Origin: a virus
Taxonomy: Duplodnaviria; Caudoviricetes
Length of the DNA stretch: 60,912 bases
Reading direction: 5' to 3' (one strand)
Virus record (IMG/VR): IMGVR_UViG_3300003691_000005
Coordinates: 1 to 60,912 of that record
In this document: piece after piece, positions 1 through 10,200 of the stretch
Numbering within the stretch: the first letter of the stretch is position 1
How the letters are laid out: each line of letters opens with the position of its first letter
The notes under the pieces: model-generated
What the model was told of the DNA's origin: nothing
Databases searched by the model: none
Seen by the model: the letters and a program-made list of their open reading frames with translations, nothing else
Program-made: the position numbers and the translations under genes

Positions 1-713
1 CAGCAGACAGGCGGGCCAGGGCTAAAGCAGAAATCAATGCCGACTATGTTCTCGCCCAGTCAGTCAAGTTACTCAATAGAGCAATGGGTGAGGAACCGGT
101 TATTACTGTCAAGCATCACACTGACGAGAAGGGCGTGGACCATGCCACCATAACTGAAGAGCAGGCCTATGATCCGAAACATGTTAAAGCAGCGCTGCAG
201 CTGATTGGACAGCATAAAGACGTGCAAGCGTTCGCTATCACTGTAGAGCACAGTCACACCCACAAACTAGAACAACGCCTCGCTGCTCGTTCCAAGGTAA
301 TAGAAGGGAGAGCATTGAACCTGGGTGCAGATAACCCTGCTGGATTACCTCATATTGTTGATGATCGCGAGGTTATCGAAGTAAATGGAAGTTATAACGA
401 TGATGATGCGATTAAAGTAGAAAACGGGCAGGAGTCCCAAAAGAGGGTGCATTCAGCGCGGAAAGACGAAATGAACGCGAACGAGGCAAAACCAGCTTTT
501 GACGCTCGGGGGCAACGGCCGAATGAGTATATAGACAAATCTAAAACCCCTGATATTCCTGAATCTGTGGTGTCTACAGAAAAAAAATTTTTGGGGGTAG
601 AAAAACCTTTGGATCCTGATCGAGTTATTAAGCGTAGGCGAAAGAAGTTGAAGGCTGGTGAGGAGTTTGTACGAAAATATAGTGGGAAGCCTAGTCCGAA
701 GTTGGGTGTATAA
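1..713 (+). CDS. terS: Terminase small subunit, 5'-truncated by the window edge
   Basis: The frame of ORF 84..713 is open back to base 3 (ADRRARAKAEINADYVLAQSVKLLNRAMGEEP...AALQLIGQHKDVQAF), a TerS-like C-terminal half. It lies upstream of terL. Confidence 0.7.
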   Translation, partial: ADRRARAKAEINADYVLAQSVKLLNRAMGEEPVITVKHHTDEKGVDHATITEEQAYDPKHVKAALQLIGQHKDVQAFAITVEHSHTHKLEQRLAARSKVIEGRALNLGADNPAGLPHIVDDREVIEVNGSYNDDDAIKVENGQESQKRVHSARKDEMNANEAKPAFDARGQRPNEYIDKSKTPDIPESVVSTEKKFLGVEKPLDPDRVIKRRRKKLKAGEEFVRKYSGKPSPKLGV

Positions 714-961
714 TGCGTTGAACGGGTGCTGAATATGGGTTACGGGTGATGAAAATGAGGGTATATGTCGTTTTATTGCTAGTATTGGCGTTGGCTGTGT
801 ATTTAAGGAGTGAGGGTTTATATAGGATTGTTATCGAATTTGCGGGGGTTATACCTTTCGGGTTTGATGTCGTTTTTTTAATAGTTTGAGGAGATTGTTA
901 TGAAAGGTAAGCGATGTGGTACTTGTGTTTTTTTTGGTGTTCATGAGAATAGGGAGGCGGT

Positions 962-1441
962 ATGAATATCCTAAAATCTGTGTCGAACGCTTCGCGTTGG
1001 TTGAGTAGGTTCTTTTTCTTTTGGGTCCCGGAATATGATGGTGTATCGCCGGAGTTGGATGATAACGGCCGGCCTTTGGATTACTTTGATAACAAGCCCT
1101 TCCATGCTGATCGCGACATTGGATTTAAACCGCCTCCTGTTGGTTACCGGCCGGGTCTAAATATACCGGTTGAAAAAAAATCGAAGGCTCCGCCTTTTCA
1201 TGTAGAGGTATCTTCCGCCGCGCACGGTGTTATTGTCGATCGCGCTGACGGGACAGTGGTGCTTGGATTAAAGTCTCATGGTTACCGTGATGTTATGTGG
1301 TGCCCTTCGGTTGATGAACCGGTGTTTGTTGCGTGGGATGAAAGTGAATGTATGGCTACTTGCCCCATGTGCCATGATCAATACAGCCTGTCTACCCATC
1401 CTTTTATAGTGCACATTGGACCAGTGGAGTTGCAGTCATGA
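962..1441 (+). CDS. Hypothetical protein with C-terminal CxxC
   Basis: 159-aa ORF with RBS GGAGG; overlaps the next gene (ATGA). Confidence 0.6.
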   Translation: MNILKSVSNASRWLSRFFFFWVPEYDGVSPELDDNGRPLDYFDNKPFHADRDIGFKPPPVGYRPGLNIPVEKKSKAPPFHVEVSSAAHGVIVDRADGTVVLGLKSHGYRDVMWCPSVDEPVFVAWDESECMATCPMCHDQYSLSTHPFIVHIGPVELQS

Positions 1442-1719
1442 GTGGTGATAACCCGGTTATAAGCATACGAGAAGTTGAAGAGGATGAAGACGCATTATTG
1501 TACGCTGATGGTTTTGACGATGCGATCATTGGTATCGGTTACCGGTGTGGCCAGCAACCTTTAGTGGTTTACGATGTTGATAAATGTATTGAGATACTGG
1601 TAGCGGATCAGGATATGACTTGGGATGAAGCTAGGGAATACTTTGAGTTCAATGTTGAAGGTGCCTGGGTTGGTGATAAAACCCCGATATGGATGACTAC
1701 AGGGGACATTGATGACTGA
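1438..1719 (+). CDS. Conserved phage hypothetical protein (ADGFDDAIIG...VVYD...EAREYFEFNV family)
   Basis: Motif recognised as common in aquatic phages; RBS GGAG. Confidence 0.7.
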   Translation: MSGDNPVISIREVEEDEDALLYADGFDDAIIGIGYRCGQQPLVVYDVDKCIEILVADQDMTWDEAREYFEFNVEGAWVGDKTPIWMTTGDIDD

Positions 1720-1900
1720 AGAAGTTGTTTTAAATACCGAGACGGATGATAAGGAGGCCCGTTTGATCTGCAACTGGTGTCAGACGGGCTTTGATTATTT
1801 TGAAAAAGCTGATGATTACCATAATCACACGACTTGCCCATGGTGCAAGGAGAAAATAACGGTGCCGCGCCAGCGTATACGGAGGGCTAGGCCGAAATGA
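1712..1900 (+). CDS. Small zinc-ribbon protein
   Basis: CNWC...CPWC; translationally coupled to terL. Confidence 0.6.
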   Translation: MTEEVVLNTETDDKEARLICNWCQTGFDYFEKADDYHNHTTCPWCKEKITVPRQRIRRARPK

Positions 1901-3336
1901 GTGCTAATGCCGATACACTAGAAGACCAGCTGCAAATGGTCATAGAGGATTGTTACGATGATCTTCACCAGTTTGTAATGGTGTCTTTCCCTTGGGGCGA
2001 ACCGGGCGAATTAGAGGACCATGACGGTCCTGATATATGGCAATTGGCCTTAATGGAGTCGACTAAGAGGCATTTAGAGACGAGTCCACTAGGTATTTAC
2101 CGTGATGCTACTGCTTCAGGCCATGGTATCGGCAAATCAACAATGTGTGCTTGGATAATGCTTTGGTTGATGAGTACCAGGCCGCATTTGAACGGCATTA
2201 TTACTGCCAATACGTGGACCCAGCTTAAGACAAAAACTTGGCGTGAGCTTGCGATCTGGCATAAACGCGTTATTAATCGCCACTGGTTTAAATGGACTGA
2301 AACAAGGTTCTTTCATGTTGACCACCAAGAGACTTGGTATTGTTCACCAATACCGAATAGTGAACACAATTCAGAAGCGTTTGCTGGACAGCATGGCCGC
2401 CACACACTCATCATCTATGACGAGGCAAGCGCGATCCCTGACAAAATTTGGGAAGTGTCTGGTGGTGTTAATGACCCTCGGGTGTTCTGGTTCGTTTTTG
2501 GGAACCCAACGCAAAATACAGGCCGCTTTAAACAATGTTTTGGTCGATTTAGAAACCGATGGATTACTAGAAGTGTCGATTCTCGAGACTGTAAGATGCC
2601 CAACAAGGAAGAGTTGCAGAAGGACGTTGATGAGTGGGGTGAAGACTCCGACTACGTTAGAGTACGGATCAGGGGTGTTTTCCCACGAATGGGTGAAGAA
2701 CAATTCATATCCGGGGAGCTTGTCCAGCTTGCCATGGAACGCCTTGTCGAAGTACCGTGGGGCACCCCGAAAATATTAGGTGTTGACGTGGCCAGGTACG
2801 GCAATGATATGACGGTATTTGTTGGCCGCCATGGTAGAAAGCTCGCTAAGATCCAGAAGTACCGCGATCTAAACACGATGGAAGTTGCTGATAAAATCAT
2901 TGAAGAAAAAGAACGATCCGGTATCGATGTGATTATGATCGACGGTATTGGTATTGGTGCTGGTGTCGTCGATCGGTGCCGGCAACTGGGACACGATGTC
3001 ATTGAGGTGATATCCGGGTCCAAGCCAGATAAGGACAATGAGGACGTTTGCTATAACAAGCGCTCTGAGATGTGGTTTAGGGGTAGGACTTGGTTGGAAA
3101 CAGCTGATATTCCAGACGATGCCGACCTTGAGAACGATCTTACTGAGATAAAGGCCTTCTACGACAATAAACATCGCATTCAGATGGAAAAGAAATCCGA
3201 TATGAAAAAGCGCGGATTAGCCTCACCTGACGTTGGAGACGCTTTAATGTTAACCTTCGCCTTTAATACACCCCCTGTTCGACGTTTAGGGGCTCGATCT
3301 CAATCGATGGACCCTGTTTATTCAGGAGATTATTAA
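1897..3336 (+). CDS. terL: Terminase large subunit
   Basis: Walker A SGHGIGKS, Walker B IIYDEAS, GNPT coupling motif, nuclease GVDVARYGND and SPDVGDALMLTF. Confidence 0.95.
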   Translation: MSANADTLEDQLQMVIEDCYDDLHQFVMVSFPWGEPGELEDHDGPDIWQLALMESTKRHLETSPLGIYRDATASGHGIGKSTMCAWIMLWLMSTRPHLNGIITANTWTQLKTKTWRELAIWHKRVINRHWFKWTETRFFHVDHQETWYCSPIPNSEHNSEAFAGQHGRHTLIIYDEASAIPDKIWEVSGGVNDPRVFWFVFGNPTQNTGRFKQCFGRFRNRWITRSVDSRDCKMPNKEELQKDVDEWGEDSDYVRVRIRGVFPRMGEEQFISGELVQLAMERLVEVPWGTPKILGVDVARYGNDMTVFVGRHGRKLAKIQKYRDLNTMEVADKIIEEKERSGIDVIMIDGIGIGAGVVDRCRQLGHDVIEVISGSKPDKDNEDVCYNKRSEMWFRGRTWLETADIPDDADLENDLTEIKAFYDNKHRIQMEKKSDMKKRGLASPDVGDALMLTFAFNTPPVRRLGARSQSMDPVYSGDY

Positions 3337-3611
3337 TGAAGTGCAATATATGCAATTCTGAGCTAGTTAAAACTCGTATAACGCCATTGGTGGTTGACGG
3401 AAGAAGCCGTAATGTGACAACGTATGAGTGCGATAAGTGTGCAAAAGACAATTCTCTTGACGTTTATCACTGTATTCCAGTCGAAGAAGTTGACACGCAT
3501 CAGATGGATTATGATTGCTGGTGCCACCCAACCCGATCTACTGAAGAAGGCGAATTAGTAGTTATGCACTACCCTTTAATTGAAGTCGGTACTACCGAGA
3601 GGTTAATGTAA
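3336..3611 (+). CDS. Hypothetical Zn-finger protein
   Basis: CNIC...CDKC plus H...CWCHP; coupled to the terL stop. Confidence 0.6.
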   Translation: MKCNICNSELVKTRITPLVVDGRSRNVTTYECDKCAKDNSLDVYHCIPVEEVDTHQMDYDCWCHPTRSTEEGELVVMHYPLIEVGTTERLM

Positions 3612-3766
3612 TGGCAGATAGTAGTGAAATAATAGATTACAGAGTATTGGTCGCTGAATCGGAAGGGGAGGAGTACCCGTTCTTTGAGCATATTGCTTAT
3701 GAATTTTCCAGACGATATTTCAAAGAGGACGACAATGATGGCGTCTACAACTCAAACCCCAACTAG
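3611..3766 (+). CDS. Small acidic hypothetical protein (51 aa, not in ORF track)
   Basis: ATG overlaps the previous TAA and follows GAGG; MADSSEIIDYRVLVAESEGEEYPFFEH... Confidence 0.4.
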   Translation: MADSSEIIDYRVLVAESEGEEYPFFEHIAYEFSRRYFKEDDNDGVYNSNPN

Positions 3767-3778
3767 CAGGAAATCCCT

Positions 3779-4021
3779 ATGAGTGCGGAAATTAAGCAAA
3801 AGAAAGCCCGGAAGCAAACTAAATATGCTGATGGGATGAAGGATGATGAAATTGTAAAAAAAGGGAAGCCGACAAAAACAGGCAAAGATCACCCTGATCA
3901 TATGGACACTGCCGCATGGTGGAAAAGAAAGGCAGGTGTAGGCAGCAAGGCTGGTGAAGGTGCTTTAGCTAAACGCAGGAAAGAGAAACTTGATAAAGAA
4001 ATAAAGGACGCTGGCGGCTAA
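3779..4021 (+). CDS. Small basic hypothetical protein
   Basis: 80-aa Lys-rich ORF with RBS AGGA. Confidence 0.55.
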   Translation: MSAEIKQKKARKQTKYADGMKDDEIVKKGKPTKTGKDHPDHMDTAAWWKRKAGVGSKAGEGALAKRRKEKLDKEIKDAGG

Positions 4022-4115
4022 TGTTTCTGTACCACCTAATTGAGCTAGCAGCTTCGGTCATAGGTATCGGATTGCTGCTAGTTCATGTTTCAGCTCTTTT
4101 TTTTGGTAAAAGTTA

Positions 4116-4508
4116 ATGCAGAATATACAAAAAGATCTAATGATGGTCGACGCGAATGGCGAATCCGTTATGGATGATATGGGCCAGGTAGTGCCAGGAT
4201 CGGTGGTCACATTGCACAACAATTTGATTACAGCTTTACGCAAGGCCTATCCTAAATGGGCTGATTATTGGAAAATAACCGTGGATACCAGAGGCGGTAT
4301 CGTTCAGGTTAGAAACCTCAGACTTTCGGGAGATATGGGGTTTGTATTGCACATAACTGAAATTGACCCTGAAATGAAAAGAGTTCGGGAGATGGCAGGG
4401 GAATTGTTTGAACGTTTTAATGTTGCGCGAGGGCGTGGTCTATCAATCAGGAAAGCAATGCAAGACGTGAAAACTGACGGCATTGGCAGAATCCAACACG
4501 AGAAATAG
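4116..4508 (+). CDS. Hypothetical protein upstream of portal
   Basis: 130-aa ORF ending 2 nt before the portal start. Confidence 0.65.
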   Translation: MQNIQKDLMMVDANGESVMDDMGQVVPGSVVTLHNNLITALRKAYPKWADYWKITVDTRGGIVQVRNLRLSGDMGFVLHITEIDPEMKRVREMAGELFERFNVARGRGLSIRKAMQDVKTDGIGRIQHEK

Positions 4509-4510
4509 TT

Positions 4511-6790
4511 ATGCCCCAAGGACTACAACAAGCGGGATCGACGCCGAATCAACTCAAAGCTGACTCTGATAACCCGAAAGGAACCGGAGCAGACGATCGA
4601 CCTAAACACGATGATCAATGGTTGCTAATAGCTCGAGACGCCTATAACGAGGCTGAAAGTTATTATGACGCGAATATCCGCGCTGATCATGAACGTAATA
4701 TGTCTCACTTCCATAGTAAGCATGCACCAGGCTCCAAGTATTACTCTGAAGCCTATAACTATCGTCACAAGGGTTTCCGGCCCAAGACTCGTAGTTTTGT
4801 ACGACGCCAGGAAGCGACATTATTGAAATCGATGTTCAGTACAGCTGACTTTGTAACGGTAAAGGCCGCTCGATCAAACCATCCGTCACATCAGGTAAGT
4901 GCTGAGATGAATCAGCATTTATTGCAATATCGTTTAGAAAACACCATTCCATGGTTCCAAACGGTACTGGCCGCTTATCAGGAAACGTTGAATTTAGGCA
5001 TCTGTATTAGCTATCAATATTGGGATTACGAAGAAGAAGGCGATACTACATCGTTTGAATTTGAGGCTAAAGAAGGGTTGGTCAGTGATGATGAACCGTA
5101 TACCTCTCCCAAGGATGAGCAAGAACAGATTATTCCCGGTGATGAATTTGATGCTGATAGCCCCGGTATTGGCAGCACTGAAGAATCGATGAGCGAACAA
5201 GACAATATACTTGACGGTTATTTTGGTGGAGGTGACCCACAAACGAGAGAAGCACCAATCCCTACCATCGTTAAAGACACGCCAGCTACCGCTCTTAGGC
5301 CAGCTGAAAACGTATTCTTCTCCGTCGCGGCAGACTTTCGAGATCCTGCAGGCACTAGCCCTTTCATTATTGATAAGATCCCAATGTTTATCGATGACGT
5401 TAAAGCGATGGCTAGCGGTAAAACAGGCAGTGGAAACATACCCTGGTTTGAGTTAACTGAATCTCAATTACTTATCGGTAAGACGGCAGATTATGACCCT
5501 GTGAGGCGTCAACGTGAAGGCAATCGTGAAGACAGTAAAGACCAAACTCATTTGCACCGTGGATTCGATACGGTCTGGGTCCATAGAAACATCATCAAAA
5601 AAGATGGAGTCGACTGGCTGTATTACACCCTTGGTGTTCACTACCGATTGTCAGATCCCATACCATTACGTCAGGAGTTCCCATGGCTCAAGCCTGGAGA
5701 AAGACCCTACGTCATCGGCTTCTCTAACATTGAAGCTCACAGAAATTATCCCGAATCCCTAGTCGGGTTAGGCGCTAGAACTCAGCAAGATGCCAACCAG
5801 TTAAACAATAGTCGATTTGATAATGTCGAACTCAGTTTGAATCGACGCTATATTGTGAAGCGATCAGCGATGATTGATTATCGAGGCCTTCAACGTAATG
5901 TTCCCGGTGGTGTAACCGAGACTGACGACCCGGTAAACGACATTAAAATAGAATCTCCACCAGACGTCACTTCTGGATCGTACAACGAGCAGGATCGCAT
6001 TAACGCTGATTATGACGAGCTTGTTGGCATGTTCAGTGGATCCTCAGTCAGTACGAATAGCGGTATGAATGAGACTGTCGGTGGCATGAAGTTACTGGCC
6101 GGCGATGCTGATTCACTTACCGAATACCCTATGATGGTTTTCATGATCACCTGGGTTATTCCAACACTGAAGCAGATTGTTCGACTCGAGCAAACTCATG
6201 AATCTGATGGAGCATTGTTAAACCTTCTGGGTGAGAAAGCCCAATTATGGCAACGTTATCGAGTAGAGCGCGTCACTGATAAATGGATTCAGGGAAGTAT
6301 GAATCTACAGGTATCGGCTAGTTTCGGATCAGCTAACCCTGAACAGCGCTTGCAGCGTCTTGCAGCTGGTTTCGGGTTGATCTTCCAACTAGCCCCAGGG
6401 TTAGCACAGAAGCTCGAAGGCAAGGAAGTTGGTAAGGAAATACTAGCTATTATGGGTTACCAAGGCACCGATCGATTCTTCCCTGAAGGCGGTCCAGAAG
6501 TACCGGGTGTTAATCCAGATAAGAACAAAGGCGACGTCACTGAGAATGATCAAGCCAAACTAGATCAAGATTTCGCTATGCATCAAGAGAAAATGCAGGC
6601 AGCTGAACGTAAGTTGCAGTGGGATATTGAGCGTTTCTTCAAAGAGGAGGAGCGGCATTTAAGGAAAGAACTACAAACACAAGAAATAGGTGCTCAAGAG
6701 TTTCAAGCGAAAATGGAAAGAATCGCGTCAGATCGACAAACAGCAGTAGATGAAATGAGGGTTAAACTACAAGTGGGGAGTGGTATATGA
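4511..6790 (+). CDS. Portal protein
   Basis: 759 aa, between terL and scaffold/MCP; podovirus portal-like motifs (RPKTRSFV, NETVGGMKLL, C-terminal coiled coil). Confidence 0.85.
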   Translation: MPQGLQQAGSTPNQLKADSDNPKGTGADDRPKHDDQWLLIARDAYNEAESYYDANIRADHERNMSHFHSKHAPGSKYYSEAYNYRHKGFRPKTRSFVRRQEATLLKSMFSTADFVTVKAARSNHPSHQVSAEMNQHLLQYRLENTIPWFQTVLAAYQETLNLGICISYQYWDYEEEGDTTSFEFEAKEGLVSDDEPYTSPKDEQEQIIPGDEFDADSPGIGSTEESMSEQDNILDGYFGGGDPQTREAPIPTIVKDTPATALRPAENVFFSVAADFRDPAGTSPFIIDKIPMFIDDVKAMASGKTGSGNIPWFELTESQLLIGKTADYDPVRRQREGNREDSKDQTHLHRGFDTVWVHRNIIKKDGVDWLYYTLGVHYRLSDPIPLRQEFPWLKPGERPYVIGFSNIEAHRNYPESLVGLGARTQQDANQLNNSRFDNVELSLNRRYIVKRSAMIDYRGLQRNVPGGVTETDDPVNDIKIESPPDVTSGSYNEQDRINADYDELVGMFSGSSVSTNSGMNETVGGMKLLAGDADSLTEYPMMVFMITWVIPTLKQIVRLEQTHESDGALLNLLGEKAQLWQRYRVERVTDKWIQGSMNLQVSASFGSANPEQRLQRLAAGFGLIFQLAPGLAQKLEGKEVGKEILAIMGYQGTDRFFPEGGPEVPGVNPDKNKGDVTENDQAKLDQDFAMHQEKMQAAERKLQWDIERFFKEEERHLRKELQTQEIGAQEFQAKMERIASDRQTAVDEMRVKLQVGSGI

Positions 6791-7104
6791 ATGATAAGCG
6801 CCAAGAAATAACTGCCGAGGAGTACGAGAAGGAGAGGGCGGTTTTGGGAAGTGATGCAGAGATGTTTAGCCGGTCAGAACTTGGGAAGTTCATTTACGAC
6901 CGGGCGAGAATGAGTGAGGAGCAATTGGTTGAGCAGCTGATAATGTCGGCATCTGCTTCGACTGATTTAATGCTGGTTAAAATGTCTATCGATATCCAGA
7001 TGCACCGAATGTTACCGAAGTATATTGAGGAAGCGATAGCTAGTGGGCATGCAGCTAGACGCAATCTGATGATGATGGAAGCGCAAGCACAACATAAAGA
7101 TTAA
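6787..7104 (+). CDS. Small head-associated protein (portal-scaffold linker gene)
   Basis: 105-aa helical ORF in the conserved position between portal and scaffold. Confidence 0.6.
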   Translation: MNDKRQEITAEEYEKERAVLGSDAEMFSRSELGKFIYDRARMSEEQLVEQLIMSASASTDLMLVKMSIDIQMHRMLPKYIEEAIASGHAARRNLMMMEAQAQHKD

Positions 7105-7144
7105 TAAACCGATCTACCCGTTAGGATGATCAATAGAGGATAAT

Positions 7145-8284
7145 ATGAACGTAAAAGTAAAAGAGCAAGAAGGGGATACAACCCGCACAGCAGCTGAGCC
7201 TGTTGTGGCGGCCCATGCGTCGAGAGATGATCCCGCGCCAGATAAATTGGTGGTCACTCCAGACGCAGTAGAAATTATCGAAGAAGTTGTCATTGAAGAC
7301 GAGAAACCGATTGATGATGATGACATTCGAGGCCAGATATACAAAAAGCATAGTGAAAAACAAACCAAGGAAGCAGAGGAGAGTGCGGCCCAGTTTGGTG
7401 AAAATAGTGATTTAGGCGTTGAAAATACTGGTACTGACGTTATAATCGATGAAACAGGCAAGACATCTACCCCCCCGGATGATGACTTATATGTTGATAT
7501 AAACGTATTTGGAAAGGTGCGGCAGGTACTGAAAGCAAAGGTCGATGAGGCTGGCGGAGTTCAGGTCTACCAGCTTAAAGAAGCAGCATACGAACAAATG
7601 CGTCAGAACAAGCAGATTAGCGATGATAATGTTAGTCGGCAAAAATCCCTTGACGAGCGGGAACGTCAAATCGGATTGAAAGAGGCTGTTGTACCCACCC
7701 TGGATCAACAAGAAGCCAAAGATACAAAACCCGATCGGTCTACCCCTACAGATGACCAATCCCTTGAAAAGATGGCACAGATATATCAAGACGCTGTGCT
7801 TGACGATGATGAAAACGCCCCGTCAATACTGGCTGATATGGTTCGCCAATCAGCACAAACTGGTGAGAAGTTTGATAAAGATGCTTTCCGCCAGGAAGTA
7901 AAGGACGAAATAGCTTTCGATCAACGTCAGTCCAAAGTTTTTAAGGCCAGAGATGCCCTGATTGAAAATAACCCAGAGCTGAATAAAAAGGATAAACGTT
8001 TTGATCCTCGACTATTCACAGCGATCGACGATGAAACAACCATAATCGATCGTCAGCATCCCAATTGGGAGCCTGCTGAAGTTATTGCTGAAGCGCTCAA
8101 ACGCGTCAATAAATGGAAGGGTGTAAAGGTCGATGAATCGATGTCGGACAAGCAAAATCTAAAACGGAAAATGAATACGCCGAAGGTAGGTAATCAGCGT
8201 TTTGCTACGCCGCCACCGCCTCCGGTAGAAACTAGCTCCGACTACGTGACTAAACTACGAAAGTCACGCGGTCAGGAAATTTAA
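7145..8284 (+). CDS. Capsid scaffolding protein
   Basis: Acidic coiled-coil protein with basic C-terminus (YVTKLRKSRGQ), directly before the MCP; RBS GAGGA. Confidence 0.75.
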   Translation: MNVKVKEQEGDTTRTAAEPVVAAHASRDDPAPDKLVVTPDAVEIIEEVVIEDEKPIDDDDIRGQIYKKHSEKQTKEAEESAAQFGENSDLGVENTGTDVIIDETGKTSTPPDDDLYVDINVFGKVRQVLKAKVDEAGGVQVYQLKEAAYEQMRQNKQISDDNVSRQKSLDERERQIGLKEAVVPTLDQQEAKDTKPDRSTPTDDQSLEKMAQIYQDAVLDDDENAPSILADMVRQSAQTGEKFDKDAFRQEVKDEIAFDQRQSKVFKARDALIENNPELNKKDKRFDPRLFTAIDDETTIIDRQHPNWEPAEVIAEALKRVNKWKGVKVDESMSDKQNLKRKMNTPKVGNQRFATPPPPPVETSSDYVTKLRKSRGQEI

Positions 8285-8292
8285 CTAGACTG

Positions 8293-8311
8293 TTTAAGGA
8301 ATCTCCTTAAA
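8293..8311. promoter_or_regulatory. Hairpin upstream of the MCP ribosome-binding site
   Basis: TTTAAGGA-ATC-TCCTTAAA perfect inverted repeat. Confidence 0.4.
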
Positions 8312-8336
8312 GGGTCGACTTTTTGGAGATTTAATT

Positions 8337-9266
8337 ATGGCTGGTCAAGTTTGGGAAACCAATACAGCCGGAGGCTTTATGTACTCAGGGGAACTGTCAG
8401 ACGTTCTTCGTAATGCATTACAGCCAATGACTCGTTATTTACAGCACTGTGATGCTGACGACTTTACTGATAAAGGCCTGCATGCCGGTGACGCGTTCCA
8501 GTGGAATGTGTATTCTGATGTACAGACCCAGGGCGGTCGCATTGCAGAAAATCAACGCATGCCAGAAACTGGCTTTACCATTAGTCAAAAATCGGGAACG
8601 ATTTACGAGTTTGGTAACAGTGTTCCTTATTCTGGTCGTTTGGATAACGCGTCTCGCCATCCGGTGAAACAGATTATCCACAAGGCACTAAAGAACGATT
8701 GTGTGAAGGCCTTCGAGAACGAAGCTCACGCTCAATTTGCTTTAACGCCACTTACCGTTGCCGGTACTTCCGATTCAGCCGCTGCCTTCCGTACTGATGG
8801 TACGCATACAGTCGCTTCGCGAATCATGTTTAACGCTCATGTTAAGCTGATTTCAGACCAAATGAAGGAACGTAATATTCCTGTTTGGGCTGATGGCGAT
8901 TATCGTTGTATTGGTCGCCCGACTACTTTCCGTAACTTCAAAGATGAGCTGGAATCATTACACCAGCATACTGATGAAGGTTTTGGCCGCATGCTTAACG
9001 GCGAGGTTGGTCGGCATTGGGAAGGTATTCGCTTCTTCGAACAGACTCATATTGCTAATCAGGGCTACGGCGCTGGCGATCAGGCCTTCTTCTTTGGAGA
9101 AGACACTGTGATCGAAGCGATTGTTTGTCCTCCAGAAATGCGCGGTAAGTTGCCGGGTGATTATGGTCGCGACAAGGGTGTTGCCTGGTACGCCGAAGAA
9201 GGATTTTCACTGGTCCACGACACTGCTGTCGATGGTCGTATTTACGAATGGGGAGGAAATGCATAA
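8337..9266 (+). CDS. Major capsid protein
   Basis: 309 aa after the scaffold; EFGNSV, GEVGRHWEGIRF and DYGRDKGVAWY motifs typical of HK97-fold podovirus MCPs; strong RBS GGAG. Confidence 0.85.
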   Translation: MAGQVWETNTAGGFMYSGELSDVLRNALQPMTRYLQHCDADDFTDKGLHAGDAFQWNVYSDVQTQGGRIAENQRMPETGFTISQKSGTIYEFGNSVPYSGRLDNASRHPVKQIIHKALKNDCVKAFENEAHAQFALTPLTVAGTSDSAAAFRTDGTHTVASRIMFNAHVKLISDQMKERNIPVWADGDYRCIGRPTTFRNFKDELESLHQHTDEGFGRMLNGEVGRHWEGIRFFEQTHIANQGYGAGDQAFFFGEDTVIEAIVCPPEMRGKLPGDYGRDKGVAWYAEEGFSLVHDTAVDGRIYEWGGNA

Positions 9267-9658
9267 TGAGTGGTTATTCTGATGGTCTAGTAATGACCTA
9301 CGCGTTTGCCGCGTTTGCAGGCATATCTTCTGCTGGCCAGTCAACTGAAAAGATTGCTGGTCCTGCAGGTCTCACTGGTCGAGTTGTTTCAATGGTTGCT
9401 GTACTGACCACTGGTAATACAACTGCCATTGGCGGTATTACATTGCGTAATAACGTCACCACTTCTGAGCTTTACGCTACCTTGGCCGTTGGTGTCTTGG
9501 CTGCCGAGCTGTCTGCTGGAGCCATGGTAATCAACGATGTTGATGCCGGGGCGACTGAAACTGGTCGTATTCCAGCTGACGCTGTATTAGAGCTTGACGG
9601 CGATGGTCTTGGCACTGCTGGTGTTGCGACTGTTTATGTTACCATTGAATGGTCTTAA
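9266..9658 (+). CDS. Putative capsid decoration/cement protein
   Basis: Small beta-rich Ala/Gly/Thr protein coupled to the MCP stop (TAATG). Confidence 0.6.
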   Translation: MSGYSDGLVMTYAFAAFAGISSAGQSTEKIAGPAGLTGRVVSMVAVLTTGNTTAIGGITLRNNVTTSELYATLAVGVLAAELSAGAMVINDVDAGATETGRIPADAVLELDGDGLGTAGVATVYVTIEWS

Positions 9659-9670
9659 AGGAGATCTAAC

Positions 9671-9865
9671 ATGAGTAAACCTTCAAAGTTAGGCCTTGGA
9701 GACAAGGCTACAATTAGCGGTGATCCTCAAGATATGGGATTGAACCACCGTAGCTCGCTGGATAAAACAGCAAAACTACGTGGTGAAACCAATATCGATG
9801 AACAGCGACCTACTGGACATAAAGAGTCTATTAGTTCGGATCGCGGCAAGTTTAAGTGTAGATAA
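9671..9865 (+). CDS. Small hypothetical protein (KLRGET motif)
   Basis: RBS AGGAG; 64 aa. Confidence 0.6.
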   Translation: MSKPSKLGLGDKATISGDPQDMGLNHRSSLDKTAKLRGETNIDEQRPTGHKESISSDRGKFKCR

Positions 9866-9891
9866 CCGCTTAAGCGTGATGTGTAAATGTT

Positions 9892-9918
9892 AAAAGGGGC
9901 CTTAACCGGGCCCCTTTT
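9892..9918 (+). terminator. Rho-independent terminator, probably bidirectional
   Basis: AAAAGGGGCC-TTAACCG-GGCCCCTTTT. Confidence 0.8.
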
Positions 9919-9940
9919 GCTTTAAAAAACGGAGAAAATT

Positions 9941-10189
9941 ATGTCTGATGGTACTTTTGAACGAAGCAATAAAGCGCCCAGGCGTGGAACGAAGTTGCAG
10001 CATCAAGGTAGTAATCCGACCGGCACGCAAACCAAATCATTCAAACCGGAGTATTCTGGCGATGGTGATATGGCTATTGGTGCTAGTTCATTGAATCACA
10101 ACGTCAGGGCGAAAGCCGATGACAATTCTACAGCCAGTCACAAATTGCGCGGTGAGACCGGTTTAACCTTTAAAGTGCCATTATTCTGA
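9941..10189 (+). CDS. Small hypothetical protein (KLRGET motif)
   Basis: RBS GGAG; 82 aa. Confidence 0.6.
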   Translation: MSDGTFERSNKAPRRGTKLQHQGSNPTGTQTKSFKPEYSGDGDMAIGASSLNHNVRAKADDNSTASHKLRGETGLTFKVPLF

Positions 10190-10200
10190 GGAGAAATATT

